Shown here: positions 62,438 through 64,000 of the stretch, piece by piece | Position numbering within the stretch: position 1 is the first letter of the stretch | Layout: each line of letters starts with the position of its first letter | From: Mobula hypostoma | Lineage: Eukaryota | Length of the DNA stretch: 64,000 bases | Direction of reading: 5' to 3' | Assembly (NCBI RefSeq): GCF_963921235.1 | Contig: NC_086097.1 | Location: 226,550,001 to 226,614,000 of the forward strand | Position numbers and translations under genes: made by a program | Notes under the pieces: model-generated | The model's database searches: none | Seen by the model: the letters and a program-made list of their open reading frames with translations, nothing else | Told to the model about the DNA's origin: nothing

Positions 62438-63068
62438 CAAGTTGATAGGGTTGTTAAGAAGGCGTATGGTGTCTTAGCCTTCATTAGTTGGGGGAATTAA
62501 GTTCAAGAACCACAAGGTAATGTTGCAGCTCTGAGAAGCCCTGGTTAGACAAAACTTGGAATATTGTGTTCATTTCTGGTCACCTCATTATAGGAAGGAT
62601 GTTAATGCTTTAGAGACGGTACAGAGAAGGTTTACCAAGATGCTGCCTGGATTAAGGAACATGTTTTATGAGAACAGATAGTGAACTAGGGCTTTATTCT
62701 CTGAAGTGAAGGGGAATGAGAGGTGATTTAATAGAGGTGTACAAGTTAAGAGGTATTGTTATACCCAGATACATTTTCTCAGGGCAGAATTGGCTAATAT
62801 GAGGGGATATAATTTTAAGATGATTGGAGAAAAGTATGGGGGGATGTCAGAGGTAAATTTTTTACACAGTGGTGTGGGCATAGAATGCCCTGCCAGTGGT
62901 GATGGTAGAGGCAGATACATTACTGACGTTTAAGAAACTCATAGGCACATAGGCACTAGGATGACAGAAAAATAAAGGGTTATGTGGGTTAGATTGCTCT
63001 TAAAGTTGGTTAAAAGATTGGTACAACAGCATGGGTGAAATGGCATGTACTGTAAAGTTCTATGTAAT
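62438..63068 (+). mobile_element. CR1 3' fragment
   Basis: LVRQNLEYCVHFWSPHYRKDVNALETVQRRFTKMLPG and a CR1 tail. Confidence 0.88.
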
Positions 63069-63551
63069 GTGTAAAAATCAGAAACAAGCAAAGATTTGTA
63101 TTTATACATCAAGTTAGAAGCAAAGCCACAAAATGATTGACTTACCATTCATGTGCTTCCCATAGCCTTCAGCTTGTCTTTGCCTCCTTTCCCTATTCTA
63201 TGCATTTCTATCCAAATGGCTGCTGCCAAGTTAGTGGGTGATTACTCCTTTAGAATGATGTAGGCTGCCAATGGCCAGGCTGAGGTGCATTATCAACCTT
63301 TGTACCACACCATCTTACCACAAGCAGCAGTAATCCAGGATATCTTGTTTGTCAGCATCTGCACAGACAACATCAGACTGGCGATAAAGGGAACCTTCAT
63401 TCTGAGTGGGAAGCACATACCTGCTACTTGGAGTCACTAACTCATTTTCAGACCTGTGTGTCATCTACTCAAGGATGAATCACTGAAGAGATATTAGAGT
63501 CATGAAGCCATTGGCATTAGCAGAACATGGCTCCTCGATGGCAGACAAAGC

Positions 63552-63650
63552 CCAGTCCTGATGAAGAGTCTCAGCCCGAAATGTTGACTCTGCTCTTTTC
63601 CATAGATGCTGCCCGGCCAGCTGAGGTCCTCCATCATTTTGTGTGAGCTG
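63552..63650 (+). mobile_element. Short Penelope-like pLTR fragment starting at a hammerhead motif
   Basis: cagtc ctgatga agagtctcagccc gaaa tgtt gact followed by catagatgctgcc.ggcc.gctgag.tcctcca. Confidence 0.82.
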
Positions 63651-63945
63651 CAAAGGAACTTGACTTGAAGTGCTGCACTTGGGGGTCAGGAGGGACATCC
63701 TCCATCAGATACTACAACATAGTTGGATCTTCTGGTTATGACTGAGTTAATCCCCACTTTGTGCTGGAAAGGATACATTCCAAGTATTGCACACTGAACT
63801 ATGCCAAGGCTGGAGTTGGGCTCCTTCATGCTGAAAGACTCCTCTCACATGCTTTCAGACAAGCCAGGCAATACTACAAGGAACACTATGTGAATGTCAC
63901 TGAAAATTCAACTAAGACCTCTGGGTAGATGTTATATGTGTGCGT

Positions 63946-63968
63946 ACACACACACACAAACACACACA

Positions 63969-64000
<32 letters not shown>
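63946..64000. repeat. (CA)n microsatellite
   Basis: Directly visible; runs off the window end. Confidence 0.97.

Noticed and set aside
1..64000. CRISPR array or prokaryotic operon
   Set aside because: No regularly spaced repeats and very low coding density; all features indicate vertebrate intronic DNA.

Overview
Eukaryotic, repeat-rich vertebrate DNA. The repeat complement (V-SINE/HE1-like and DeuSINE-like SINEs, CR1, Rex1/Babar, Penelope) points to a cartilaginous fish, probably a ray; this is inference. The window is almost entirely intronic. The only host coding exon I can support is a 232-nt + strand exon (53323-53554) encoding a C2H2 zinc-finger segment of ZFHX4, preceded by more than 53 kb without another recognisable exon. 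Main points of interest: (1) a decayed Gypsy-type LTR retroelement (236-~2700, minus) in which RT/RNaseH/integrase-core sequence is replaced by an intronless, sense-oriented piece of host RBM25 mRNA covering the RRM; (2) many Penelope-like-element terminal repeats carrying a minimal hammerhead-ribozyme motif, several as short TSD-flanked or fold-back inserts that break at the ribozyme; (3) a compound Tc1-like element bounded by two self-palindromic mini-MITEs, containing an internally deleted Rex1-like LINE; (4) a perfect 37-bp inverted repeat in otherwise unique sequence. Family names come from recognition of motifs, not database searches, and boundaries of old repeats are approximate.
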